A DNA stretch of 64,000 nt, from the NCBI GenBank assembly GCA_964016885.1, contig OZ024742.1, positions 266,600,001 through 266,664,000 on the forward strand, in the 5' to 3' direction. Below, one piece after another: positions 42,178 through 56,100 of this stretch. The notes below the pieces were generated by a model that saw only the letters and a list, made by a program, of their open reading frames with translations, had not been told where the DNA came from and searched no databases. This DNA is from Eledone cirrhosa (taxonomy: Eukaryota). A program made the position numbers and the translations under genes. Numbering within the stretch: position 1 is the stretch's first letter; every line of letters begins with the position of its first letter.

Positions 42178-42552
42178 TAATAATTGTTTCTACTTTCAGC
42201 ACAAGGTCAGCAATTATCCCAGTGTATTACTGGTGCTTTATTTTATCGACCCCCCGTTTTTCAATGAAAGCCAAAGTTAACCTCGGCGGGATTTGAACTC
42301 AGACCGCAAAGGGGCGTAACTCTTTGCTGCAAAGCATGGCGTCCGACCCTCAACCGACACTGCATCCCGTATTAATAATTGATTATATTTTTGGCACAAG
42401 GCCAGCAATTACCCAGTACATTACTGGTACTTTATTTTATCGACCCCGTAAGGATGAAAAGCAAAGTTAACCTCGACGGGATTTGAACTCAGACCGTAAT
42501 AGGACGTAACTATGCTAGAAAGCATGACGTCCAACCCTCTACCGATACTGCT
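42178..42552 (-). mobile_element. Two tandem SINE family A copies
   Basis: Two reverse-complement matches, each preceded by CATCCCGTATTAATAATTG. Confidence 0.82.
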
Positions 42553-44569
42553 AAATCGTCAATAATGCTATCCAGATATATATTATCCAATATGTTCTTA
42601 CCTTTACCAGCAGGATGGATTTGAGTGAAATTTTGTAAGACGAACAACCAGGTATGGCCTACTAAGTTGATGTTCATGTCTGTATTAAAGATGTTCGTCT
42701 ACCATACAGATTTTACAAAGGCATCTTTTCCTCTGAAATATCAACCGATGTACGATCCTTCTCAAACTCTCAAAATAATCACTTAATCTCGAATGCTCCT
42801 CTCATTATCAAAATTGCCTTGCCCTCGTATGCAGCAAATTGACTGAAGCTTTAGAGCGTAGAACAAAATACCCTGGAGAACTTGTTCTGGGTTTACGCTT
42901 GGAGTTCACATCCTGTCGCGGTAAAATTTGCCATTCATCCTTTCGGGGTGAATAAAATATAGTCCCAAACCAGTGTGGCGCGTTGAGGAATTGATAAAGC
43001 ATGGAACGAAATGCCTTGCAGTATTTTTTTGCGTTCTAAGTTCAAATCCTATTGATGGCTTTGTGAGTGGTAGACTTAATTCGTCCTACGATTTAGTACC
43101 CTCTCCTTGGGTGCCTTTAGAGTAGTTTACTGTGTAGAAAGTATTCGGTTCCGGTCCGTGGTTTGAGTGACCTCCCCCGCTCTCTCACTCCTCTTTGAGA
43201 CACTGAAAAGTGCCATGAGCATTCAGTATAAATTCCTTTTATCCAGAATGCTGTAAATCCGGAACTCCGTTCCTGCTCTCATTTTCATTACAGATATCAA
43301 CCCGACGAAATTCAAGCTTAACATTAGCCACATCAACATCTGAGAGAGTTTGAATGATGAGATATAGGGACTGTACCTCTATTTAAGATTAAATGATAAA
43401 ACTAATAACTTAAACTAAATGAAAGAAATACATATCGTGTTCATAAATTGCTCCACGCTAACGTCTAACACAAAGGTGACCAGGACATGAAATATATAAA
43501 ATATAGATTGACTGGCTGATTAAACTAAGATTTCATGCCGCGATTCCTTCAGTAACTCAGAACCATTAATTACTTCTAAACTTTTGATACTTTATTGAAT
43601 ACGCCAACCTATCGTGATATCTGTCTAATGGAACTTCAGCTTTGATGAGACATCTTCAGAGAAATTATTATTCTTTGTCACTTTAATTGTAGTAGATTAG
43701 ATTATCCAGAAAAGTGGTCTCATAGAAACCTGTTCATTGGATTGCAAATACTAAAGATTATACACGGTCATTTTCATACTGAAGCAGGCGATAGGAGTGA
43801 GGCAATAAAATATACTCTGATATCTCATAATTAAGCAAATATGTTGAAGAAAAAGAATACTGGGGACTTTTTAGCGAAGCAAAAAGAACATATTTAAAGT
43901 GCGAGCGTTGCATAAGTTGTTGTGGCGTTTGAGCCTTCTCCAAAATCTTTAAAATTGTAAAAGAAGTAGAATTTTCTATTTCATGATTTGGTCTGGAGGA
44001 AGGCTTTGCTTATGGCCTTGATGTACCCCCCAAAATACGTCTTATTGAAATAGTTGATGTTCCTCTTATGTAGTTAGAGGTTGACATCTACAAGAAAACA
44101 TCGGATGGTACGGGATTCTAGATAGAGATGATTTTTTGGTAAGACGGGACAGGAAAAAAGGATACTGAAGAGATTGGTAGGAGGGACATAACAATGGCAA
44201 CAAGAGGAGACTCGACGAGTGATTCAGTAAGACCTGAGTGGTGGCAACATAATACCAGTCGGTTATGAGGAACGCAGTCTATAGTAGTAGTGGTACTATA
44301 ATGTGAAGACAGTATTTCTGTAAGTCAGAATTTGGAGTGTGTAAGAGAGCGACTTGATGCAAATATGCAAATTAGTCAGATGGTATTTCTTTTTTGGATA
44401 CGGTTTAAGATGTATATATGTGTAATAGCAACAGAGCCAGAAATGGGGGAACAGCATTCCACATGAGCTTTGCACACGGTTGGTAGTTGTTGGGTGCTGA
44501 GGCATTTCCTGGCCCCAAAGAATCAGTCTTTGTGATGCAGGGTTTATTTTAAAGATTAAATCGAAAATG

Positions 44570-46170
44570 AGTCAATCATCATCAGGTCCAGCTTGCTCGG
44601 CTTTCTACGACACTCTTCCTCAATCCATCTCTGTCTCTCATAGCGTGTGCCAGTTCTTTCGCAGTGCATCCAGTATCGTCCTCAAGTTGCTTGACGTATG
44701 TCTCCTTGGGATGACCAGCGCTTCTTGCTCCATGAGATGGACTCCATAACAACACATCACCTGCTATTTCTTCCTTGCTGCGCCAACAGTGGCCAGCAAA
44801 TCTGAGTCTCTGTCCACGTATTGACCTGCTGATAGGTGGTATATTTCCATAGAGATCCTTATTTGTTGAGTGTTCCCTCCAAGACACGTTTAAAGCAGCG
44901 CGGAGCATACGTGTGTATGCCCCGTCTAGCTTTTTCTCCAGTTTCGACGTTAGCGTCCAAGTGATAGAGCCATAAACAAGCACAGACTCCACAGCAGCTC
45001 TGAAGAAATTCCTTTTCAGTTTGGCCGGCAGGTTTGATTTCCATATCTTTTCCATTGCATTCAATGCTCCCCAGGCTTTTCCCAGTCTGATGTTAACATC
45101 ATGTTCTGTGGAGGCGATATAGCTACCTAGCTATTTGAAGTCGTCAACTTGCTTGATTATATCGCCGCTTAGACTTCGCATACCAACTGAGGAGTCTTGG
45201 TTCAGGCAAATATATTCTGTTTTTCCTGCGTTGACATCGAGTCCGATTTCCTTGGCAACTGATTCGATGCTGTGAAGTAGTGATGTTGCATCCTTAAGGT
45301 AGTCAGCGAGGACCGCTAAATCATCCGCAGAGTCAGCATCGGTGATTTTCTGAGTTGCATGGCGTCTACACTTTCGCTTTGTGAGAGTGAAACCAAGCCC
45401 TAAGTTTTCGTCCAGGGCTTTTCTCAATACATAGTCGAGGCAGATGATAAAAATATATGGTGCAAGAGTATCCCCTTGGAGTACTCCTGCAATGATGTCA
45501 AAGAAGTTGGTATCTCCATCAGGTGAGAGCACCATTGCGCGGGTGTTTTTATATAACATCATGATAGCATTTACTGTTTCCCTTGGCAAGCCGTAGGCTA
45601 GAAGTATCTCTCTCATCCTCCCACGATGGATGGAATCGAATGCTTTTGAAAAGTCAATAAACAGGAGAGTTGCTGGGAGGTTTTTAGCTTTTACGCCTTC
45701 CAAGATACGCCGAATTGTAAGTATTTGCCCTGATGTTGATCTGTTGGTGCGGAAGCCATTTTGTTTTTTTCTCAGCAAGGGGTCAATGACAGGTCTTATT
45801 CTGTCAAACAGCATGAAATTGTATATCTTTGCGGCAATTGCCATTAGTGTTATGCCACGGTAATTTTTAGCCATTCCAAGATCGCCCTCAGTCCATTTGT
45901 CTATGGGGTCTTGATTATAGACACCATTACACAACTCTAGTAGGATTGGGTGAAATTCAGGTACCTTCCACACTTCAGCTGGGATCTCGTCGAGTCCGCA
46001 CGCTTTTCCGTTACCAATACTTTTCACTGCCTTCTGTAGTTCCTCCATAGTGAAAGGTCCTTTCTATATTTGGTGTTCCTCTGTAAAAACGGGTATTATT
46101 TCTTCTTCGATGATCTGTGTTGCTTTGCCAAGTAGGTTCTGAAAATGTTGTTGCAACAGTTTTAAACGAG
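44570..46170 (-). mobile_element. RTE-type LINE, 5'-truncated
   Basis: ORFs 45131-46048 (NYRGITL, FIDFSKAFDSI, GVLQGDTLAPYIF, DSADDLA) and 44582-45064, with a short (TGA)n tail. Confidence 0.9.
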
Positions 46171-46542
46171 TCAATGCTTGGCAGAATTTAGCTCTTGTTT
46201 TATAGCATTCGGCCATAAGTTCCAAATACTATCCAACCACTTAAAACACAACACGGTGGTCTTCATCTAAATATTTACAACACTGGTTTTAAATTAGAAA
46301 TTCAACTGCTTAAATAGATTTAACTTCTCCTTCCACTTATTCCTAAGAGGGAGGGAGGGGGCAGAGGGCTCAAACACTCCTTCCAGCGGGCCTTGTCAAT
46401 ATTCTTTCGGCATTATCCAAGATTCATGACCATAGGTAAGGGTTGGCACGAATACCGAATTGAAGATGGCGAGTTTGGCTTTTACAACTACCTCCCTTCT
46501 ACTGATAACCGAATGCTGAAGTAATGCGCCAGCTACTTTACA

Positions 46543-47412
46543 TCTATATATATAAAACTGAGGATGTCTGTCGGTGTGTGTGTGTGAGTTTGAATCCCTA
46601 AAACTCGAGAACCACCCATCCGACTGTTTTCAAACTTTACACATGTAATACTTATGTTTCAGGGAGTGTTCTGAGCAAAACAAATTTCAAATTTTCAATG
46701 CCCTAGGGACCACATTAGACGATTTAGCGATCTATCTTTATAATTCTTAGTCTTTCTCTTTTTAGATAGATACATACATATAACGTCGCGCCCTTATAAT
46801 ATCTGTCTGTATGTCTGGCTGTCTGCATTATGTCACTTCCCTGAGGATGTCTGCGTGTGTGTGTGTGTGTGTGTGAGTTTGAATCCCTAAAACTCGAGAA
46901 GTATCCAAACAATTACATGTGTATTACTTATGTTTCAGGGAGTGTTATGCACATACAAAATTCAACATTTTGATCTCCTAGGGCCCGCATTAGGTGAAAA
47001 ACTGCGTTTTAAAAGTTTTTTAGGGTTTTTTTGAGGCATTATGTCAGACGGATTTCCTTGAAATTGTAACTATGTATTAGCCAGCCTCTTCTTCATACCG
47101 TGAGCAAAGAAAATCCAACATTAGGTGAACAATTTCATTTTTTCAGCTTTTTAGGGCTTTTTTGAGGCGTTACGTCTAGCCGATTTTCCCGAAATTTCAA
47201 AGCATATTATGCACATAAGAAACATTAATTTTCTTGAAAACCTGCATTTTTCCTGCTTCATCGAGGAAAATCTTAAAGATTATCCAGCCATCAGAGTATT
47301 CGGTTTATTTTCTTTACATATTGTCCAGGCATGCAGTTTTTCCACTTTAGGTCTGTTGGCGGCCCACGTTCAAAAATACCTTATCGCGTGCAACGCCGGG
47401 TACCACTGCTAG
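46543..47412 (+). mobile_element. Non-autonomous Helitron-like element
   Basis: 5' TCTATATATATAAAA and a 3' GC-rich subterminal segment CGCGTGCAACGCCGGG followed by CTAG. Inserted between A and T, with an internal duplication. Confidence 0.75.
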
Positions 47413-48463
47413 TAGCTTATAAATTCATCTATATGTACCTATAATTATTGATACGTTTTGCTATGTTACTAAATGACCAAATATTAATCTTTAACAGCTA
47501 TAGTAGTCAGGAATTTAAGTAACTAGTAATCAAACAAATGTTTGATTACTAGATTCCAGCGATGGCGCTTCAATGTATTTTTTTAAACTACGTTCTTAAA
47601 TAAATTGCTCTTAAAGGGGAATGTCATTATGATTTTGATAGTTACTATTCCATTTGATTTAAGCCAAAGATATCCTCTTTGTTAGATGAATGGCTATACT
47701 ATTGAATATTTGATGAAGAGAAACCTTTTTCTCGATATTATAAAGCTACCGTTTAGCAACTGGTGCAGTTATTCGCCAACTTCAGCATTCGGTAACGAGA
47801 AGAAGGGAGGTAGGTGTAAAGCCAAACTCGCTATCTTCAATTCGGTATCTGTGCCAACCCTTACCTATGGTCATGAATCTTGGGTAATGACCGAAAGAAT
47901 TCGATCGTGAATACAAAGCGGCCGAAATGGAGCCCCTCCATCTATTTTATTTAAGATTTTTAATTTCTTAAATTATCATCATACAAATTATCATTTATTT
48001 ACAATTCTGAACAGAACTTGAAAAGGTATCTCATCCCGGGTGCTGTGCTGTGTTGACAATTTCGATCAGCCAGTTTATATCAAACTCAGCCAGTTTATAT
48101 CAAATCAGAAAACATTGGTGTTATTGTAGAACAGATTGTATTCACAACCATGGTTCCATAATCTATTCAGTATAAAAACTTCAAAGACTTATTCTGGTAG
48201 AAATACCAGCCAAATCACTATGAAATCTTACTGCTTTGGTAAAGGAAGTACACATTGTACATTGAAGTCATGGATATAAAATATGTGTGGGTTTTTGTGA
48301 TATAATTGCTGCTTCAAGGCTGATTACTGGAAATAACTACTGCTCGCGAAATACACCATGCACACAGAACAGATATATATATATAGAGAGAGATAGATAG
48401 ATAGATAGGTAGATAGATAGAGTGTGAGTGAGTGAGTGAAAGAGAGTGAGAGAGAGAGCGGGA

Positions 48464-48502
<39 letters not shown>

Positions 48503-48757
48503 AAGGGCGTTAAATTATCAATGTGTGGTTAACTCAAGTGAATAGATGAATGAGAACATGTTTTAAACGACTGAAAAAACTCTTCAGATTGCAATAACAT
48601 GATTTTCCAAGTTTCTGGTATTCAAAAACACCTGAAACCTCTAAATCATTTCAAACTTTTCTTGAGTATGATTCTCTTCGAAAACCTAGATTAGTATCTT
48701 CATCAAATTATAATCATTGTAGTGAAGCATCTAATAATTGATGGTTTCATAAAACCT

Positions 48758-48823
<66 letters not shown>

Positions 48824-49264
48824 CTCTATCTCTCTCTCTCTACCCTCGTCTCTCTTTACTCCCCTCTCTCTCACACACACAAATACAGACAGTCACTCAC
48901 TCACTTCTACATACACGCATAATTCTTATAACGTGAACTTTGAAAGAAATTAAAGCAAAATACAAGTACTAATGACGAAGAGATTTAATACGTACAGCTG
49001 TGGTATATCATGGATTAAACTGATATTGCTTTGTCCTATCAAAAGAAACAATTATCAATTGTAAGTATAATCATTACAACGTGAAAACGAATGTTTCATC
49101 ATTTCGTTGGTCACCATGAGTCGAGATTTGAATGACATTCTCCTGGATCAATAAGACCAGCTATTAACTTTGAATAATCAATTTCCCTTGTCCCTTTGAT
49201 TCATTGCAAATATCCCATTAAAAAAATATATAGTTGATATAAACCGAAAGGCAGGAGTAGGGGA

Positions 49265-49468
49265 AGTAGTAGTAGTAGTAGTCACCATCGTCGTCGTCGT
49301 AGTAGTAGTAGTAGTAATAGTAGTAGTAGTAATAGTAGTAGTTGTAGTAGTAATAGTAGTAGTAGTAGTAATAGTAGTAGTAGCAGTAGTAGTAGTAATA
49401 ATAGTAGTAGTAGCAGTAGTAGTAACAGTAGTAGTAGTAGTAACGATAGTAGTAGAAGTAGTAGTAGT
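49265..49468 (+). repeat. (GTA)n imperfect microsatellite
   Basis: Directly visible repeat. Confidence 0.95.
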
Positions 49469-51154
49469 CGAAGAAGAAGCGGCTCAGCTTGCCACTGAGC
49501 TACGCTGCATTGGGTTAATATTTATATGACAAACATAAAGACTCTATTTCGGTATACATCTTATGATGTGAGCTATAATACTTGTTTTTATCTTGACACA
49601 ATACAATGAAGAATTATAAGTTTCTTTTTTAGGGGGGTTAAGATTATACATTGTTTAGTGACATTACTGACACAGTGTAGGGAGGATTATAGCTATTGTC
49701 ATGTACAGATTCATAACTAACAGTGTATATATCGAAGATACATTTAATTTAAGTATAATTGCTGTGTATATGCATCTGTGTAAAAATTTAATCAAATCTG
49801 AAACAAAAATTCTCATATTCTCTATGTACAAAGAATATCATAAAATCTTTTACGGCCAACTGGCCTTTCATCGGTTGACAAATACTTATATCCTTATGTC
49901 TATAAAGAGAGATATATTCAAACAACGTTGAGATGATTTATAAATTTGGGAATTTATGTGGGAATGTTATGTAAGAAGTAGCTATATTGAGCAGATGTAG
50001 AAATGCTGTTTGTTAATTGGATGCTGTGGGAAATAAAGTAGTATTGTTAAAGTTATTGTCATTAGAGATATGATGTCAATTTGAAGAATTGGAATATCTT
50101 AAAAATGTTACGATTATATGAATATAAACTTTCTAGCAGACGTTCCTTTGCGTTTAGAAGTTGAAAGGGTTTTGAAAGGCATAGTTCAAGTATTTCGTGT
50201 AGATATTAGCGGATTATGTTTGCAAGGGCGTGTTTGCGTAGACATATGACCGTAGGTTATTACTCCCACCACTAAATTGACCACATCAAATAACTACCAA
50301 GTCATTAATGACAAGAACTATCCCCCTACCTACAACTATTGCATTCATATCCATTCACACAAACAATTCGAAATTGCAGTCACTATCATTTTCCTTCTCT
50401 ATTCTTTAAACCATAATCACCAACCGCTCCTAACAAAAGAATATACTTTTCAATAAGCTTTCGTTGTGAAACACGTCATAATTTATTGACGGTGGTAAAT
50501 GAATTTATTTCTGATAGCTATTATATTTCATTTTGTAACTTTGGCCTGAATTCATTTGTAATATGAATAAAATTGTCTATGCGCTGCATTGATGCGATAC
50601 AAATCTATTAAAACTTGATCGAAATAAATTTCAAAAGAAACAATAACAAGAACAAAACCCCAAAACTAGCGGTAATCATTAGCGACTCACTGTAATAGGG
50701 AGAGATAATTACAAGAAATTTAAAGTTACTTAAAATAATTTAGTCGCGCGAAAGGTAAAGTTCCACCCGTAGAAACGAGAGTTGAAATACCTGGCTATAT
50801 TATAACGAAACAATTAACTACGTAATATTTCTAAATTGAATTTTTTTATATTATGGGTAACTACGATCTCATGATTAACATTTCGCTATACATATTCTCA
50901 TATACGCACGCACATACACATATGTATTTATGTATGTATTTATGTATGTAATTATATATACTCATATAATAAACAGAGGATGTACATTTAAAACCGTCTC
51001 TCGTCTTTATAATATCGATACTCCGGTTGATACCTTATTGATAATATTCAAAGGGGCACAAAGTTGTAGAGTACGTTACGTCTGTGTACGACTAAAATCG
51101 ATGGATTATTTGCTCAATAAACTTTCCTGATTTGAGTTATATATATATATATAT

Positions 51155-51700
51155 ATATATGCATGTATGTATGTATATACATACTACTGTACGTCTGTAT
51201 ACATATATGTATGTACGTATAGATACTTATATTTAAGTATCAGCCGTACTAAGAGTGAGAAATGAAATTTCATTTTTTCCATTTATCGTTTTCGGTACGC
51301 CCGGCCGACTAACTCACTCGATATGCAAATTAGGCTGCTCAGCCGTTATTATGCATAAGGAAAGTATATACTTTCAAACGGTCAATCGACTGACAGGAAG
51401 GTATACGGTGCTGATGACAGCTAATAAGCTAGAAACTAGTTCATCATTCCTTTGTCAGTGTTGAACAAAATGGCAACGATCGTTGCCGAACACTGTACGG
51501 CTAATAATTCGGGCTGTTTGTAAACAAACCGAACATTATAATAAATGTTCGGTAAACCCATACGTACATATATATATGTGTGCATGTATGTATGTATATA
51601 CATGCTACTGTACGCCTGTATACATATATGTATGTAGTATACATACTTATATTTAAGTATCAGCCGTACTAAGAGTGAGAAATGAAATTTCATTTTTTCC

Positions 51701-51706
<6 letters not shown>
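51155..51706 (+). mobile_element. Retrozyme-like element 3: 420-bp unit, ~1.3 copies, one HHR
   Basis: A ~130-bp direct repeat with period 420 (CAGCCGTACT at 51241 and 51661), (TA)n flanks and an internal HHR. Confidence 0.75.
51407..51445 (+). ncRNA. Type I hammerhead ribozyme
   Basis: GGTG [CTGATGA] cAGCT-aata-AGCTa [GAAA]CTAG[TT] CATC, with palindromic ACTAGT and outer stem CTGACAGG/TTTGTCAG (51390-51458). Confidence 0.85.
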
Positions 51707-51759
<53 letters not shown>

Positions 51760-51765
<6 letters not shown>

Positions 51766-52917
51766 TTAGTTAAGCAAAACAAGACCACAAACTTCACAAG
51801 GAAGACATTATTAAAAGATTGTCAACATATTTTAGTTTGATGTAAGGAATGTAGAGAATAATAATAATATTAATAATAATAATGTCCGTTTACAATTGTT
51901 TCGCTACTCCATATAATATTTCTGGATCAGATGACTATATATAATAATTGATCTGGTTCAGTTGAAAATAATTAACATATTTAAAAAACAATCTAGCCAC
52001 TAATATCCCCAAACGCTTCTTCTCTATCCTATCCACCCCCCCAACCATAGATATTACAAACTCTTTAATAAAAATAACATTAAAATCTCATTCTCCACAA
52101 CACCTAACCTAGCTAACCACATCGCGTTCAGTAACCATCATAAGCTAAGACAGTATAACTCCCACAACGCGGTACCACGACCCCTATCAAATACACCACG
52201 CCACTACACCAATAATTACTCTAGTAGCACACCTCCCCCATCTAATCCTTCTAGCACGGACCTACCGCTTAGGTTAAACAACCCTACTGTCACTAACCGC
52301 AGAAGCAACTGCAACTGCCGTTACCCCAATGCATGCCCATTAAATGGACACTGCCTGACACCCAACATAATCTATAGGTGCACGGTTGAGACTGCTTCGA
52401 ATACCAGCTCTTATATCGGGTCTACCTCTAACCCTTTTAAGGGTTATGTAACATTATCCCATTATTTTAATTTATATTCCTTTTAAGTTCCGATGAGCCA
52501 CTCTGTTTTTTTAAATATGTTAATTATTTTCAACTGAACCAGATCAATTATGATATATAGTCATCTGATCCAGAAATATTATATGGAGTAGCGAAACAAT
52601 TGTAAACGGACATTATTATTATTAATATTATTATTATTATTATTCTCTACATTCCTTACATCAAATTAAAATATGTTGACAATCTTTTAATAATGTCTTC
52701 CTTGTGAAATTTGTGGTCTTGTTTTGCTTAACTAATGAATATTTCCAGCTCTGCGCGCCTAACTTCTGCATGAACCCAGCCACCTAGCTGCTTTCTACTG
52801 CATATTGCACATTGAGCACATGCCTTTACGCTTCGGATTCTAACTAACTCACCAATCTCTCCTCTCATATCTCCTCTACTATCTCCATCTCTCTCTTTAA
52901 GATTGGTTACTCTTGAA

Positions 52918-52920
<3 letters not shown>
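51760..52920 (+). mobile_element. Internally deleted Naiad-like PLE with inverted 5' pLTR copy
   Basis: 51760-51988 is the reverse complement of ~52507-52743. Internal HRYYKLFNKNNIKISFST and CNCRYPNACPLNGHCLTPNIIYRCTV..YIGST, with (TA)n flanks. Confidence 0.82.
52487..52607 (+). ncRNA. Hammerhead with C4 core and ~95-nt stem II domain
   Basis: GTT [CCGATGA] GCcACTCTGT...ATGGAGTaGC [GAAA]CAATTG[TA] AAC, with palindromic ACAATTGT. Confidence 0.65.
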
Positions 52921-53006
<86 letters not shown>

Positions 53007-53876
53007 TATATATATATATTCATTAGGAGACGAAGCCATTATATTCACGGTTAATATTCCAGATCATGTGATAAGTATTTTAGAGACAATTTACGAACAA
53101 ATTTGTGTTTTTTTTTCACGCAGAAAAAAAAAAAATACTGCTATTAGTGGATCTGAAAGGATGATTCACTCATCCATCATCACATATTGATATATGATAA
53201 TTATTCTCTTAAGTAGATTGAAATCTAATCCCAGAACGTACATTAATGTAACTGAATTATTTTGAGCGTATTTGTTTCTTCTGTCTCTCAGTGTTCGTTA
53301 AAACGATAGATAAAATAATTTGCTGTATTCGTTTCGACTCTCTACACTCTAAGTTCAGATTCCGCCGAGGTCAATTCTTCATAATTTCAGCATTTCGGTC
53401 TTCACCAATCTTTAAACGGAGCTCAAAACTCCTTACGATTCCACCAGGAGATCAAAGCCTAAGGAAAGAAGGGTGGAAGATATAAATATATAGTAATGAA
53501 CTGATAAAAATATTTTGCTAGACATTTGCCATAACAGAATATGTTTATAATGTCATGCTGCAAATATAACCAAAACATTTTATATTCTGATCAAATCTAT
53601 TAACTGGATCTCGTGATTGAAACAGCTGCGGATTCGGAGTGTTCAAAAGCGGATGCTTTTTAAAATTTTGCCTTGATTTAATGGCTTGGTGGAAGTCATT
53701 GCAAATTAGTCTGACTGGTGGGAGGAAAAGAGGAAAATATCCTCAAAACAGGTACGTGATATGAATGCTGGATGATGGATATATTTTATCACCCAACAGA
53801 GCAGATAGGACGCTGGCACCAGTATTTTCATGGGTCGTGAGTGAGTGACTGAGAGATGGGTAGAACAAGAGAGAGC

Positions 53877-53960
<84 letters not shown>

Positions 53961-54469
53961 ATTAGAATAAAACAATAATGTTCTTAAAATCTTTTATGCA
54001 TTTAACATATTTAATTCGCTGTTGCTGCAGTCATTGAAGAGGCAACGTTTTAATATTTTCACCTTATTCATATCATAAGCCATCTCTCCAGTGTTTTAAT
54101 TACAATAGAAATTTCTTACCGGAAATCAAATTTTTAGAGCTAATTGTTCACCGCTTTTGAAAGCTTTTTTAAAAAAATGTTTTACAGCTAATTTATAAAC
54201 AACAAAATTACCCTCCATTTAATATTTTGTTGGCCCTTTGAATATTTTGATTTTTACATAATCTACTGGAACATTTTGGTTTTATATTTTTTCTGTTCGT
54301 TCTACTTGTAATATAGACAAAATTATCGTCTACTTCAAAACATGATCATTTCACATCCCCTTAGTATTTAAGAACTTAATCGAGAACTTTAACAGTACAT
54401 AATATAGATGTTTTCGATAGGGCATCTGCCTATATCAACGACAAGCTAAAAGCAAGTAGTTTACAAAAT

Positions 54470-56100
54470 GATCGAATCTCCTCAGTCTACTCGCTGGCCT
54501 ATTTGTCGTATGTAGCTCCAAGCGTTCTCCTTGCTGCTGACACGGTCCTAACTTCAGCCACTGGAGTTCAACAGGGTTACTCTTTGGGTCCCATCCTCTT
54601 TGTTCTCGAGATAGATCACATTGCTCGGAGCATCACGAGCCCTTTCAACGCTTGGTACGTTGATACTGCCACGCTGGGTGGGCTCGCGGAGTCTGTCTGC
54701 CACGACCTGCAACCGTGGTTCCTGCACTGGTGAGGATCGGCGTCGAGGTCAACTCGTCCAAGTCAGAGGTGGTGAATGTCAACTACGACGCAGATGTCTT
54801 TGCGATCCATTCCCCGCCTGGTGTAGGTGACCTCGAAAGAAGATGTCCTCATCTTCGGGTCACCGATCTACCCACCGGCTATCCACTCCACCATCATGTC
54901 CAGGCTCCAGCAGCTCACGACATTCACGAGTAGGCTGGGCCTGATTGATGCCCATCCAGCCATCTTCCTGTTGAGGAACTGCATCGCCATGCCGAAGCTC
55001 CCCTTAACATTTCGCAGTGCTCCTTGCTACAGCCACGCATCTCTCGATACTTGTACCTGAGTGGCAGCTGAGGAGATATGCAACGTCTGGTTTGACGACT
55101 TTGGATGGCAACAGGCCACCTTACTCGATAGAAACGACGGCTTTGCTATTCGGCCTCCGGTCTCGCTGACTTCGCCAACGGCTTTTTCGTAGGTAAACTC
55201 TTACCATGTCCTTATCAACAGGATTACACACACCACAATGAAACACACTGTGGTCGGGGAACGCGAGGCCGCCTGTGAGACTTGGAACTCGGATACCGCC
55301 CAGTAGACGTCCCTATTCCTCTTCCTTCTGTAGACGTCAAATCCACCAGAGCATATGGGATGCCATCCGGTGCGGCATGGCCTCGGACAGGCTAGTGCGC
55401 CAGCTCCAATAGCACCGCCTCGCATGTTTTCGTTGGGCCTCGTAACCACACAGCAGTGCCTAGCTTAATGCCTTACCCTTCTTTTTCGACTGGCACGCAG
55501 CTGGATAAAGATGTTTCCCTGAAGCTCGTCCTTCGGATCTGCGAACCACACACATGTCGCTGCAGATCTATTGTTGACTTTTCGGCCTACACCCACTGTC
55601 CTGTCGCTATAGTACCGGTCGCCTTCCACGCCATGCTGCTCTGAGATAGTAAATCATGGCTTAAATGCTGCAGGTTTCCCCTCACAGCTCGAGCCGGTGG
55701 CGCTGGACCGAGGAGACGACAAAAGGCCAGAGGGCATGACCATCTTTCCGTTCGCGGTGGTAAACCCTTCATCTGGGATGTCACATGCAGCGACACTTTC
55801 TCCAGCGGCAACCTGGTGCAGTCTGTGACTAATCTTGGCTCTGCTGCACTTCGGGCCGAGGAGGGTAAACTCTCTAAGTATCGGTTGCCCTCGGACAGGT
55901 TTGCGGTCGAGACGGTAACAGTGGAAACCTCCTGTGTCTTTTGCCCTAGGATCACTTCCCTACTCACTACCATCGGTATGGAGCTGGCTACCCTCAGATG
56001 TGATCCCTCAAGCTGGAATGGCTCTTCCAATGCGTCTCCCTCACCATCTTCCGGGGAAACGCCTTGTTTATGCTGTCCACCGGGGCCGCGGTGTTACTAG
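54470..56100 (+). mobile_element. CRE-like non-LTR retrotransposon fragment (RT + RLE), decayed
   Basis: SATGVQQGYSLGPILF, AWYVDTATLGG, CEPHTCRC and KRPEGMTIFPFRGGKPFIWDVTCSDTFS. Confidence 0.78.
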
